A stretch of DNA of 63,581 bases, filler included, from Nemertoderma westbladi (Eukaryota > Animalia > Xenacoelomorpha): the NCBI GenBank assembly GCA_032718475.1. It is 3 parts of 3 records of this genome, joined end to end, with 100 filler letters (N's around TTAATTAATTAA, not from the genome) between each part and the next. Parts side by side here need not be neighbours in the genome. Positions count along the whole stretch, not along the records: positions 51,153 to 63,581 come from JAUCBJ010003804.1; 2 more parts are not named here. One strand, 5' to 3'. How positions within the stretch are numbered: the first letter of the stretch is position 1; each line of letters begins with the position of its first letter. The translations under genes and the position numbers were made by a program. Below are positions 51,153 to 63,581 of this stretch, one piece after another. Under the pieces are notes generated by a model. The model had not been told where the DNA came from, ran no database searches, and saw only the letters and a program-made list of their open reading frames with translations.

Positions 51153-51904
51153 GTCACATCTGTCGGCCTGTCCATCAAGTCTGACTGTCATTTGAGACAG
51201 ACAGACAGGGAGATGGAGCAACAAACAGACAGGAAAAATAGGCCTCTTAAAACATCCTCGAAAACCCCATTGAAAAATTTGGTTAAATTTGTCTAATTTG
51301 AGAAATACGGAATACAGTCCCTATCTCATTCTGAATATTATTTCTCAAACTGGGTATCATTTCTCAAACCTTTTACTAATGATAGTCAAGGGAGAATTTC
51401 AGTAGGTAAGACTGGGGTAAGAGTTGAGAAATCAGAAAGATACAGCCAGCTCAATCTAACTCAAACTAGAGTCTGGCGCCATGGTTTGAGTTAGGTTGAC
51501 TTCCAACTGTGCCATACTCAGCATTACTCTTCCTGTACGGGATGGATAATTACTCTGGTTGAGTGAGGCACCACCACATGGATGGGGAAGGGGCCTCTGT
51601 CTGTTGCTTGGGCTCTTGAGTTAATGGGTTGAATTACATAAGCTGGGCAGGACGGCTTGCGTGTGTCTCATAAAAGACATGTCAATCACGCAGTTCCTTT
51701 GTGGGCTCTACTAAATGTATGTTGTTAACTAAACCACACTGGCTCGGTCTGTTTGTGGAGAAGTTTTAATTCTGGGAATATTGTTGTGGGAAATTGGTTC
51801 TCTGTTGTCTGTCTGATGTCAATTGGTGCCTTACAAGACATATCAGTTTAAAAATCTAATGGTTAAATAAGAATTATTAGTGCATATGGGACCGCGGATT
51901 CCCC

Positions 51905-52395
51905 GTACTTAGTTCCAATTTAAGCCTCATGCGAATTTAGTTCCAATGGAAACGAATTTAGTTCCAATTTAGGCGAACTTAGTTCCAATAACTGGAGAAA
52001 AACGAAAACGAATTTAGTTCCAATGCATGCGAATTTAGTTCCAATGCATGCGAATTTAGTTCCAATGTATGTGAATTTAGCTCCAATGGATGCGAACTTA
52101 GTTCCAATGCATGCGAATTTTGTTCCAATGGATGCGAATTTAGTTCCAATGGAAGCGAATTTAGTTCCAAAGGGGCGAGCCACGTAGTTGGCGAAGAATC
52201 TGTTTAATGACACTATTAAGAGGCTGGTTAAACAATAATTGTAAATAACTAACCCAAAACGCCCAACCTCCTAACGAAAACAATCTTTTCCCAAACATTA
52301 TCCAAACAATCTTATCCCTTTATTTTGGAACTAAATTCGTTTCAATTGGAACTAAGTTCGCCTTTGAAAATGTGCGATTGGAACTAAGTTTGTGC
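51905..52395. repeat. 21-bp tandem array with inverted copies (MITE with subterminal repeats)
   Basis: GCGAATTTAGTTCCAATG(G/C)AT about 12 times at 51905-52170; TTGGAACTAARTT inverted copies at 52325-52392. Confidence 0.8.
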
Positions 52396-52986
52396 TACCG
52401 GGACCTCGCAACACCCACACCCCCCCCCCCCCTCCCATAAATATGGCCCTGTCTATAATTACAGAGGTTTCCTCTGGCCCCTTTGCCCGGTATACCCACC
52501 CCACACCCGGATGTATTGCGAATAATTGTGTTGACGATGTAATAGAGAATTAAACATTAGTAAAACATTAAAGTTAAACATCAGTTTAATAATTTAGCAT
52601 ATAATGTTTTTATTCTGAAATTTAAAAATAAATTGAGTCACTGAGTCTGCAACTTAATTCTCACTGTCTACTGGAGTTAATTACACACAAACAAATCAAG
52701 TTTAGGGAATGTTATAACAGCAGGAGACCATCCATCCAGTAGGCAGAGTATAACAGAAGCGAGTGGGCCATTAATCACAGACAGGTTGTTGTATGAATGC
52801 TACACAGTGCACAGTGGGGGGGTTACGCGAGTTTGAGTTGGGTTTGAGTAAACCAGACAGGTTTGAGTTAGTAAGAGTGTGGTAAGAGAAAAGGTACCCA
52901 GTTTGAGAAACGGTATCTAGAATGAGATAGGGACTGTACGGTAGGAGGAAAGAGGAAAATACGTATTTCATAAAATAGGGAGTTTG

Positions 52987-53133
52987 TACGGAGCCCCTAA
53001 AGTGACATTTTGAAAAAAAAAAATTCTAGAGCGCTCTTGATAATTATCAAGAGCGCACTTTATAATTATTAAGAGCGCACTTAATTAATAAGCTAAAAAT
53101 ACTTTTTCAAAATGTGCCTTTAGGGGCTCCATA
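52987..53133. mobile_element. 147-bp MITE with 6-bp TSD AGTTTG
   Basis: TACGGAGCCCCTAAAG / CTTTAGGGGCTCCATA; AGTTTG at 52981-52986 and 53134-53139. Confidence 0.8.
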
Positions 53134-53606
53134 AGTTTGTCTTTCAACTTTAAAAGCATTTTTCTCCGTTTATAACTTCTTTTATTAAAATGCTATTCAT
53201 TCCTCATTCTTCAACAGAATTGCTTTACATTTTCGGGGAACTTATATACAGTAATAGGGTATAAGTTTAATGGTTCATGTACATTTTCAATTAGTGGAGG
53301 GAGTGGGAGGGGGGAACTTTTTGAAGAACTCGTAATTTTTTTTACTCCCAGAGGTTCAAGTGGATAGTTTCGGCTTTAATTTAATCTAAGATATCATTCC
53401 ACATGATTGCACTGTACTAACTACACCTACTACTAATTAATATGTATAAAATGTGATTGCACTTGAAACCCTAAGGCTTCTGCAGTTTTAATTCTGGTAA
53501 CATGAAGGTGTTTTTGAGATAACAGCACGCCCGAGTAGGGCTGGAACAGCATCTCTCAGATTAATATTTGAAATAATTATTCTGTTCATCACTCAACCAA
53601 CTGAGC

Positions 53607-54960
53607 GGTTATATTGAAAAATATCGAGACATGAAAAATATCGAGAGTAAAAATAACGCGAGTAAAAACATCGAGTGTTGAAAAATAACGATAATATCGA
53701 GAGTTCAAAAAATATCGAGAGTAAAAATATTGAGAGTAAAAATATCGAGTGTTGAAAAATATCGAGAGTAAAAATATCGAGTGTTGAAAAATATCGAGAA
53801 TAAAAATATCGAGAGTAAAAATATCGAGAGTAAAAATAACGCGAGTAAAAACATCGAGTGTTGAAAAATATCGAGAGTAAAAATATCGATAGTAACAATT
53901 TTTTTAAATAAGGGTTGTATGATAAATTTTTTTCCTAAAAATGTTCTAGAACAAAAAAAATGTGTTTTAGAACAACAATATTTATCAACATTTGGTAGCT
54001 TACACGTGTTCTATAACATTAACTTTAACATTAACAGAAAATACTAGCTATTTAAAAAAATTTAAAATGTGATCTAGAACTAAAAAATGTGTTCTAGAAC
54101 AAAAATATTTATCAAAATTTATAGCTACTGTAGCACTTCTTGTATATTATTTATTAAAAAAATAGCAAAAACTAGCTAGTATAATAAATCTGGTAAATGG
54201 GTACCCAAGGTGTATTGTATTAATGCCATTCACTTGCACTTGCACTGAAATATTTTTCCATAATTCTAAATGCTCAAGCAAAATGCAATATTTTTACTCT
54301 CGATATTTTTCAACACTCGATATTTTTACTCTCGATATTTTTCAACACTCGATATTTTTCAACACTCGATATTTTTACTCTCGATATTTTTCAACACGCG
54401 ATATTTTTGAACACTCGTTATTTTTACTCTCGATATTTTTCAACACTCGATATTTTTACTCTCGATATTTTTCAACACTCGATATTTTTACTCTCGATAT
54501 TTTTCAACACTCGATATTTTTACTCTCGATATTTTTCAACACTCGATATTTTTCAACACTCGATATTTTTCAACACTCGATATTTTTACTCTCGATATTT
54601 TTCAACACTCGATATTTTTACTCTCGATATTTTTCAACACTCGATATTTTTACTCTCGATATTTTTCAACACTCGATATTTTTACTCTCGATATTTTTCA
54701 ACACTCGATATTTTTACTCTCGATATTTTTCAACACTCGATATTTTTACTCTCGATATTTTTCAACACTCGATATTTTTCAACACTCGATATTTTTCAAC
54801 ACTCGTTATTTTTACTCTCGATATTTTTCAACACTCGATATTTTTCAACACTCGTTATTTTCGATATTTTTCAAGACTCGTTATTTTTACTCTCGATATT
54901 TTTACTCTCGTTATTTTTACTCTCGATATTTGTCAAGTCTCGATATTTTTCACCAATACC
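53607..54960. mobile_element. Foldback element with arms made of 15/16-bp tandem repeats, GG...CC termini, 8-bp TSD (Merlin/MuDR-like)
   Basis: AAAAATATCGAG(A/T)GT arrays at 53615-53895, inverted at 54290-54950; AACTGAGC at 53599-53606 and 54961-54968. Confidence 0.85.
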
Positions 54961-57900
54961 AACTGAGCTACAGGCCTATACTGCAAAGTTACAGTGTGTG
55001 CAGTAAATAATTGTACAGTAATAACTACGTATTTCAAAACATGTCGGATACTTTTATCTGCAGCTTCAGCCTAGACATTCACAGAGAATTCCACACACAT
55101 TGCTAAAAAATTAATTAGGAGCTTTTGTTTGTTGTTGAGCAATTTTAGTTTTCAAATTTGAAAACTTGTTCTTTAAAACGCAAATCTAAAACGGTATACC
55201 CTCTGACCCTAAATTTCAACTAAAATTTAAAACAGTGATAATGTTGTTAGCTACTCTGCTGTCAGTAGATGCGCAGTGAAACGATGTAAAAGATTTCAAG
55301 CATGATAATAATACTAATATTACTGTAGACATACTATACGTACACACACAGTATCTTACAATAGGCTTATTGCCACTTTATTAGCTAACCTACAATGTAC
55401 TATTATTGTTTGGGTAGCCCGCATCAACGTGGATTATTTGACAGCTGATTAACACTGCTTTATGTAACTGTTGTACGGCCTAGCTTTCGAAAACAATAAG
55501 TCATAAAACAATATCGGCCTCAGTATAGTCAATATGTCTACTACTTCTGACAACCTATACTGAATCAATCAATGTGGAGCGACTACTACAAGTAGTCGCT
55601 CTGCAGTGTCTGCTTAATGTAGGAAATTAGAATAAGGCATATTAATTATAGCGGCTAGCCAATGAAAAAGGCAATATAATATATTAAGTCTAAGTGTGCT
55701 GTATAGTACACAATAATGCGCCGGGTTGTAATTCGTTTAATTAAATGAAATCAAAATGAAATAAGGGTTAATGGTAATTATTATTATATAATGGTTATTA
55801 TATTAATGGTTATTAAACCGCGACCACTACTTTGACAGTGTAATATTTTGCTACTACGTCATAAGCAAATTAATAACTTAACACTTAATCGGGTTTAGTT
55901 TATGTGCTCATTGTTGTGTTCGCGACCATATTCTTAAAATATGCATCATTTGTTTGCGAGCAGCACACATACGTATAACCTTGCGTGAGAACTCAAGATA
56001 GGCCACTCGGTTATGGCCCTCCTGTCTGGATAAAATAAATTACTTTCCTACTTAAAGGCAATACAGTATAATTATTAGAAAATACTACGAATAATACAAA
56101 AATAACAAATATATAATTAAAACAATACATTGGATAAACAACATTAAATATACTAAATTAATATACATTATTGAGATTGAAACGTAAACTCAAAATTATT
56201 TAATATATTTTAGAAGAAACCCTTGAAAGTTTAAATTTCTATGAAGTTGTTGTTTATTAAAAGTATGTTTAAGTTACATATTTAATGTTTTATTCAAATT
56301 CAATAAATTAAAACATAAAAAATGTTCAATAATATGTGTTACATTCTTTATACATAATTTATTTACAGGATATGAGTTTGAGTTATATTATTTTAGTAAA
56401 GATAATAGATAATATAGTTTAAAATATATATTGCATATATATAGTCTTAGGTGTCCCTTGCTCTCAGTTAATACAGTATAAAGTAACATTGAAATATTGC
56501 AACTCGGCAACAACCAAGAAACAAGCGGAAGTAAGTTACTACTGTGTATGGAGTTGAGTGTGGGATCGAATGGGTTATATATCCTGTATCTTAATTAATG
56601 GGACACAATAATCTCATTGTTTATAACTTCGTTTCAATGGACTAATGGTACTGGTACGTCTCGCCCTAACATTTTGCCAGGCATATAATACTCACGTTAG
56701 CAGAATGTTTGTCTCTCGTCAACTTAATCTTTGAACTCTCTTGTTTTATCGCTAATAATTTATTGATTAGGCTCTGTGTGATTCACATTAATGTGCGACA
56801 ATAATTAAATGTATAATTTGTAATGATAATGGAATGTCATCTTGCCACAGCTACGCGTGAAATTATACTTAAATACGGAGGGGGGGGGGGGGGGGGGGGG
56901 GTTGTGCTTAATTGAGCCGGAAAACCCGTCAAATTCGAACCACTCTACAGGGAAAGCTGCTGTAGACACAAACACCTACCGTGCATTAGTAAGCCAGGCC
57001 TACAAAATTATTGTTCTGTACTGTAGCCTACATTATTGCGGTGGCATCACATCATTGAGTTACCTAACTTCCTCCTAATACAGTAGTTCCAGATAAAATA
57101 TCCGATGCTTTAGAAACCACTCCCCCTCCCCCACACCACTGTTACCTAGGTTACCCCATTTCAACAACTTGAATAACACGACGTGACTATAGGCCTATAC
57201 ATATTTTTTTTATTTTTACATGTGTAATAATTGCACCCTGTACATTACATACAGTTTAATTGCACCACCGTCTAACAGCGTAACACCGATTTGTTAAGAT
57301 TAACTATTTATTACATATTTACATTGTTGTGGAAAAAGTATAACTTTTCAGCTTTATGACCCGAGTATTTATTTACCGAGCGAACGCAGCGAGGGATGTT
57401 TACATAACTATACAAGGGACATAAAATCTGAATACTAGAATTGTAATGTAATTGCAATTTTTAGGAATAATAATGAAATTCATATCCATTGTTTATTTAA
57501 AGCAATTAATGCTTGTTCTAGAAGTATTGTTACTAAGTTAGTGATTACTTTGTAGAGTTCCGTCCTATAGGCCGCAAAGCTGTAACATTGTACTTTGCTG
57601 TAATATGAGCATCTCACCAGAACGTAGATAAGTTTTTATATATAATGGAACAAAGTTTATTTGCTTTTCTTGTAATACGAAATTTGTTCCACAAAATTGC
57701 CTATTAAATTCCCTATTGTACCGTTAGAGGTTCCCTCGTCGTTTGTTTCCACTTTCCGTGTTTTTGTAAGTAATAAAGACCATCTTTATTACTTAAACGT
57801 TGGTAATAAGTGGTTATTATAAAGGCGATTTTTTGGAATAAAATGTGTTTTTTTAACTTTAAGTTTAAAGTTCTACTTATGTAATAAATAATTATTCTTA

Positions 57901-58006
57901 ACATTAGACTAAATCCCTATGTAACTAGTAACTTACATAAATACAATAGAAAGGTTGTAAAAACAATCACATAATAATTAAAGATCAATAATTTGTAATG
58001 TTTCGC

Positions 58007-58519
58007 TTATGAGCAGGGAGATACAACGCTGATACCCTGGCTGTAGTTAGTATATGGGAATGGTTGTTGGTTGCTGTGGGTTACAGTACCTTCATCAAAC
58101 TCAGCCTTGGTTGGATTCAAGGCTGTTTGGTTTCCGTAACCAAGGTGACAGCCAGAATGGGTCCCTAGTGGGGCGGGGTACATGGGGCTGTTGTATTTGG
58201 GTACTCCGTCACCGGGGTACTTATGCGCACAGTCCTCCGAGTACTTGCTGACTCCATCGCCGGAGTACGCATTGCCGATTGGAGTATTAATGTTCTTGGA
58301 GACGTGCGGACCACTGTAGTCTGTTTTTAGGACGGGTCGGACATTGTCCGGGAACGCCATAGTGAACAGAGCGTCCGGGTCGCAAACGAACTTATACACG
58401 TATCGCTCGCCGGCGACTTTCTGAAGGATTCCCTTCTCGTAGTAGTATCGGAGAGACCGCGAGAGTTTGTCGTAGTTCATCGCCGGTCGGTTCTTCTGGA
58501 TACCCCAACGACGAGCCAC
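58007..58519 (-). CDS. Last coding exon of PEA3-subfamily ETS transcription factor (ETV1/4/5-like)
   Basis: [64 protein letters not shown]; acceptor TTCAG|GTG, phase 0; stop TAA at 58007-58009. Confidence 0.95.
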   Translation of the reverse strand: MARRWGIQKNRPAMNYDKLSRSLRYYYEKGILQKVAGERYVYKFVCDPDALFTMAFPDNVRPVLKTDYSGPHVSKNINTPIGNAYSGDGVSKYSEDCAHKYPGDGVPKYNSPMYPAPLGTHSGCHLGYGNQTALNPTKAEFDEGTVTHSNQQPFPYTNYSQGISVVSPCS

Positions 58520-59522
58520 CTGAACGGGAAATAAAGTCAATGAAAGAGAAATAAAGCATGTCAATGCGCATAAATAAAGTGATGTCATTGGATAACAAAA
58601 AGAAACTGAAAGAAGATCGCCGGAATTCAAGAGGTTGTCCAATACTTCTTACAACCACAAAGTGAATGCTAAACTCAACTCAGAATATCTGAATTTCGGT
58701 CAACTTAATTTTTTAATTTTTGACAAGAAGTTCTTTCTCTTTTTTTTTATAGAAAACACTAAAGAATTTAAGAATTGCAATAAATTTAATATTAAGTAAG
58801 TTACAATTTCTGTCTCATTTCTTGGAAACATAATCAGGTATTTTGAAGGTTCATCTCTATTTTTTTATTTTTCCCGCTTATAGTTAAACTATTTTGGATG
58901 GTGCCACGGAAAGGGGTATCGAATTTTCGAAATAGAGCAATACTGTGGTGTTAATTATTATTCTGTAAGTATTATTAGGTGTTATTATAGGGCTATAGAG
59001 TGTGATTTATTTCTATGAATTTTCTTTACATTATATTAGTTTGTGATTTCTTATGGTAGGGCCTTCTAAACTTCTACTATCACAGAGATTTTATTGACAA
59101 GTGTAAATTGTTATGCATTTAGGAATTTATTGTGGTCATATATGTATAATTAAATATCTGGTAGGTCTACATTTTTACAATTTATATGAGTTAATAATAA
59201 TTATGCAAAAAATAGTTTTCGCACGATACTTATTGAATGATGGAATATATACAAATTTTCAAACTGTGAACAAAATATTGTAAATTGTATTTCTTGTCTT
59301 TGTGTGTCTTTCTGTGTTGTCTTTGTCTGCCAAATACGGGTGATTCGCCGGAAATGAATATATAAATTTACAATTTCGATTTATATAAATTTGTAAGCAG
59401 CCGCTGACGTTTACTAACTCGGCGAACGACTACCGGTACTGTAGGCGTAGGGGTACCTAGGCCTACCGGTACTGTAGGGGTACTTAGCTACTTAGTTACT
59501 TAAGTACTTAGGTACTTAGGGT

Positions 59523-60520
59523 TACCATTTGAAGTGTTATGGGGCGTCCTCCAAGGAGACACACTTGCACCATTCTTGTTCATTATTGTTGTTGACTATG
59601 TTCTACCCATGTCCTTAGATCATCATAATGATGATGGGGTGATGATAACTCCACCTACTGGCTCCAGAAGTCGAGGAAATCCTGCCAAGTACCTAATTGA
59701 TCTAGACTTTGCTGATAACTTAGGAGTACTCTCAGAATCACTAGAGGGAGCCCAACGGCTCCTCAGCTCATTAGAACATGCTGCTTCTAGTGTTGGTCTT
59801 TTTATTAACTCCAGAAAGACCAAAATTCTGACAGTTAACTTTGAAAGTCATCAGCAAGTCTCTGATCGGATGAGCATAAGCTCAAAGGATGGTATGCTTG
59901 AGCATGTGGACGACTTCTGTTACCTGGGATCATGGATCAGGAAGTCAGGTGAGGACCTTCGAATACGTAAGGGAAAGGCATGGGCAGCCTTGAATAGGCT
60001 TTCCAGGATTTGGAAGTCACCGAGAATTAATCGGAAACTTAAGGTCCGATTATTTAGAGCAGCTGTAGTTCCAGTACTCCTCTACGGGAGTCCATGCTGG
60101 GCTCTAACTGCTGAGGACACCAAATCTCTGGATGGCACATTCACAAGAATGCTACGCCGGGTTCATTGTGTCAAGTACAATGCACACATCTCCAACCAGA
60201 CACTATATAACATTGGAGGTGTCTCATTGGTTCCCCCAAGCTCGACACTAGAACAAACCGCCTCCGCTTTGCAGGACATTGCTTTCGCCGTGAGGTCCAA
60301 CCAGTGCATAATCTTGTACTTTGGCAGCCTCATGGAGTGAATAAGCATGGTGGACAGCCCATGACTTTCTTGAGACGCATCTTAAAGGACACTGGCCTTG
60401 AAGATGCGGATGATCTAGCAAATGTCATGGGTGATAGGGAGTTGTGGCGGTGCAATTTTGTTGACAAGCCGGCACAGCATTCTTAAAAATGCAGCTGCAA
60501 TGCAGCATGCCGATCCTAGT
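59523..60520 (+). mobile_element. 5'-truncated RTE-like LINE in the ETS intron (antisense to the gene)
   Basis: GVLQGDTLAPFLF...DFADN (inactivated DD), one frameshift, 3' UTR ending GCCGATCCTAGTAGTA. Confidence 0.92.
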
Positions 60521-60526
60521 AGTACT

Positions 60527-60723
60527 TAGGCCTACCGGTACTGTAGGGGTACCTAGGCCTACCGGTACTGTAGGGGTACCTAGGCCTACCGGTACTGTAG
60601 GGGTACCTAGGCCTACCGGTACTGTAGGGGTACTTAGGCCTACCGGTACTGTAGGCGTACCTAGGCCTACTGGTACTGTAGGGGTACCTAGGCCTACCGG
60701 TACTGTAGGGGTACTTAGGCCTA
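60527..60723. repeat. 27-bp minisatellite (about 7 copies) abutting the ETS splice donor; about 2 more copies at 59431-59487
   Basis: Unit TAGGCCTACCGGTACTGTAGGGGTACY. Confidence 0.95.
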
Positions 60724-60724
60724 C

Positions 60725-60885
60725 CTCCTCAGGTTCGATGAGTTTGAACTCCATTCCCCGTCCGGTCCACGCAATGAACCCAACGTTGTTCGAATCATCT
60801 AACAGCGCCACAAGGAACTGCCACAACTGGAGTGAACCACGACGATGGTATATAGGCCCTTCTCTGTAACTCTCAGACTTACTAT
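60725..60885 (-). CDS. Penultimate coding exon of the PEA3/ETV1-4-5-like ETS gene
   Basis: YREGPIYHRRGSLQLWQFLVALLDD...FIAWTGRGMEFKLIEPEE; acceptor TTCTACAG| (phase 1); donor GAG|GTAGGC (phase 0) joins in frame to VARRWG. Confidence 0.93.
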
Positions 60886-61014
60886 CTGTAGAAGTAGAAG
60901 TTAGTACGTTAAATATCGACCAACAATAGAAAGATATAAAATTTAAACAATAAATTGAATTCAAGAACACCAGCATTTGAAGTTGAAATATGAAAATCGT
61001 ATTTTTTCCTTTAA

Positions 61015-61778
61015 GGTTGTAGGGTACCCTAAGGTTTTCTTAATGTTTTACTATTAAACAAAATGCACCTTTCTGAGAGAACTCGTAAAGTTAAATTTCC
61101 TCAAATTTTGCAGGTAGCTGTAGCAACCATTCGGACATAAGCAAGACTAAAAAAATTAAAAATTTTAAAAAATTTTTTGTTTAAGGCAATTTTTGTAAAC
61201 AATGTCCGGTTTTTGACCAAAAATCAAAATTTCAACATAACAACTGTTTTCTTAATAACTTCTTAAGAAAGCACGCAACCAACAAAATTCTAGTCATGCA
61301 TAGGCCAATCGTTGTTATAAACATTTCCTGAAAATTTCATGAGATTTCATCCAGTAGTTCCTCAGAAAAGTGTAACTTTGTGTCTAAAAAAATACAAAAA
61401 AAATACTTTTCGAGAAAAAGACATTCAAAGTTTTCAAAGCTTCCCGCTATTTCTTATATAAAACGAGGGATTATTCAAACTGGTTGTAAAAATTAAATAC
61501 ATAAGTACACCACCTGCCTAAAAATTCCGATGTAGGGGTTTTCCTGGTCGGTGATTTCATTTCTGATGTGACTTTTGAGTTTGACCAAATCTAGACTTTC
61601 TGTCTGTCGGTTTGTCTGTCTGTCTGTCAGATTTGACAGACCTTTCAGACAGACCGACAGACATTTGGGCGCCTATAAAAACCCGATTTATGTAATCTTT
61701 TAAAAATTTTGATCCTAAATAGTCAAATAAAAAATTTTAGAAAATTTTTTTTTAATATTGTTAGAGTACCCTACAACC
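61015..61778. mobile_element. MITE in the ETS intron (Kolobok-like: TTAA site, GG...CC ends)
   Basis: TTAA|GGTTGTAGGGTAC ... GTACCCTACAACC; right flank imperfect. Confidence 0.6.
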
Positions 61779-63581
61779 TACAACCTTTTAATAATTGCTC
61801 ATACCACTGCAGCAACTGAAATATCGTTTAAATAAATATGTTGTTGTTTAAATAACAAACATTTCAGGGATAAAGTTTGAATTGATTTCCAACGAATAGA
61901 GAAACAAATACTGAAAGACTGAAACAAAAGTTTTTTAACTTCATATACATGAGCAGATTTTCTTAAAAATGACGAACTTTCAAATACAGTACCACGTGCT
62001 CATGTCTGTATGTTGGTTTACAGCTTCTGTCATCAGTTAGCGACCGAAATTCGTTGCATTTCTATTGTATTTAAACCCAGGTCGACTTATTCCATCAAAG
62101 ACAAGACATATCCACAACCGGTAGGGTTAGTGGAAAGGGAATTTTTGTGTCGTAAAATTAATTGAGAAAAACATTCAGCTTTTACTCCTAATGACACCCC
62201 GGCAAATTATTCGAAAGTTTCGCGAAAAGAAAATCTACGTTGTTTTCAAGTTGGGGCTAATGAATAGATATTTTATTAATGTTTCTAAATTCATTTTCAA
62301 CGGCAACTTTATGGTAATTTTATATTTTATCTTTTCACTTACATTTTACCGGTATGTTTTTTCACGAAATCAAACGCAACTTTTAGTGCAAACTAATTTA
62401 CTTTACTCACCTTCATATTTATCGCCCGATAAAATTCGATCGCCCTCATACGGCGGTGTGTGGAAGTGTGAATAAAATCCGGGGTACTGCATTGCGTTGC
62501 CAGTGGGTTGGTGCATCTGGTTGTATCCATAAGAAGAAAGTCCTAAAATAATAAAAAAAAAAATTCATTCAACAATCGCATACGACCGAGGAGATCGAAA
62601 AGCGATCGAAAAGAGGATCATCAAAAGTATATAAAAAAAGATTTTTGGCGCCCCCTAGCGGCCTGCGTCAGATTTTAAAAATTTCACTAAAAATTATCCT
62701 CCGTGATTTCCCATTTTTATTTACCGATATCATATTTTTGGAACCAACGTGTTCATTTTCATCATATTTTTCACGCACTTTTAATATTTTTGTATTCTAT
62801 TTCTTCTCAGGACGTTTGCCTCAAAACTTCACCAGAGGTGGGCCAGGCCCTACAGCGTCGTGATGGATCAGCCGGATCCAACTGGCAGTCATCCGCGGGG
62901 CTTCCCACTGTCTCCTCAGGGGATCGAGGACAAAGTGGAGAAGTGGACTTGGGTTGGAAGACGGTGCGGGAATGCCAGGCAACCCCTCATAAACATACGC
63001 CATCAGTACAAAAAAATTATATTTTAAAAAATATTCAAAGTTTTTTAAAAACTGAAAAAAACCCATGTATTTGTAATTCTTCATTCAAAAATGGGGAAAT
63101 ATTATTAAATTAAGAAAAGTGCGCGAAATTTATTGAAGCTAATTAAATTACCTTTCATATAAAGCAAAATTTAATAAAGTTGCTTTCAATGAAATCCCCA
63201 CTGCTCTAGCTGCAATAAAAAAGTAATTTCTGAAATTTCCCCCCTAAATTTTGGAGCTCTGCGCAAAATTGTAGTCAATGTGGATTGTGGCAGCCGAGTA
63301 AGAACTGGAAAATTTATAATATTTAAATTAAAATTAAATCTACACAAATACAAAATAAATCCGGGGTGGGCAAGGATATAAGAGTAAATAAATGTTAAAT
63401 AGATACTACATATTTGGCTTTACCATACAAGTTGTTAAAACAACGCAAACAACGCCCTCCCCTGTAGCCGCCAAAATCTCCTCACATAAAATGTCGCTCC
63501 GTATTCCAACAATGCCACTCACATCACCCACCTCTCTAATGAAAGGCTCCCGTTCAACTGAAGCACCATGGAAGTCCAAAC

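Noticed and set aside
53593-55006. Long Phe/Ile/Ser repeat ORFs
   Set aside because: Products of the 15/16-bp arrays in the foldback element.
49199-60885. Functional linkage of MED30 and ETS with the caspase-APAF gene
   Set aside because: They are more than 40 kb away across an assembly gap, and neighbourhood in animal genomes does not imply a shared pathway.
60425-60976. 183-aa truncated ETS protein with VGLGTPTVP tail as its own gene
   Set aside because: It is an internal exon plus intronic read-through; correct splicing restores a full ETS domain.
62810-63000. GC-rich patch as an upstream ETS exon
   Set aside because: No recognisable PEA3 N-terminal similarity and no clear minus-strand donor/acceptor pair; more likely TE-derived.

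Overview
AT-rich, transposon-saturated genomic scaffold from an animal (probably an invertebrate; metazoan-type MED30, PEA3-class ETS and caspase/APAF-1 sequences, GT-AG introns), with two 100-bp assembly gaps. Three host genes are supported. (1) A two-exon gene (1101-3345 joined to 4912-7298, +, about 1543 aa) encoding a caspase (peptidase C14) catalytic domain fused directly to an APAF-1-like NB-ARC, helical domains and WD40 region. The protease sits where APAF-1 has its CARD, so this looks like a single-chain 'apoptosome'. It keeps the His/Cys dyad but has a non-canonical S1 pocket and LHP in place of the LHD/MHD motif. This is the main finding. (2) An intronless MED30 (49199-49738, +). (3) The last two coding exons of a PEA3/ETV1-4-5-like ETS gene (-). 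The rest is repeats: RTE-like LINE copies, CRE-like REL-endonuclease 3' fragments, SINEs, a solo LTR, a Helentron-type element, nested hAT-like elements with identifiable TSDs, a 6.7-kb-offset duplication holding both filled and empty LINE sites, satellites, and many TA-flanked micro-insertions that resemble transposon excision footprints. All family assignments come from motif recognition by eye; no database search was run, so novelty is unverified.
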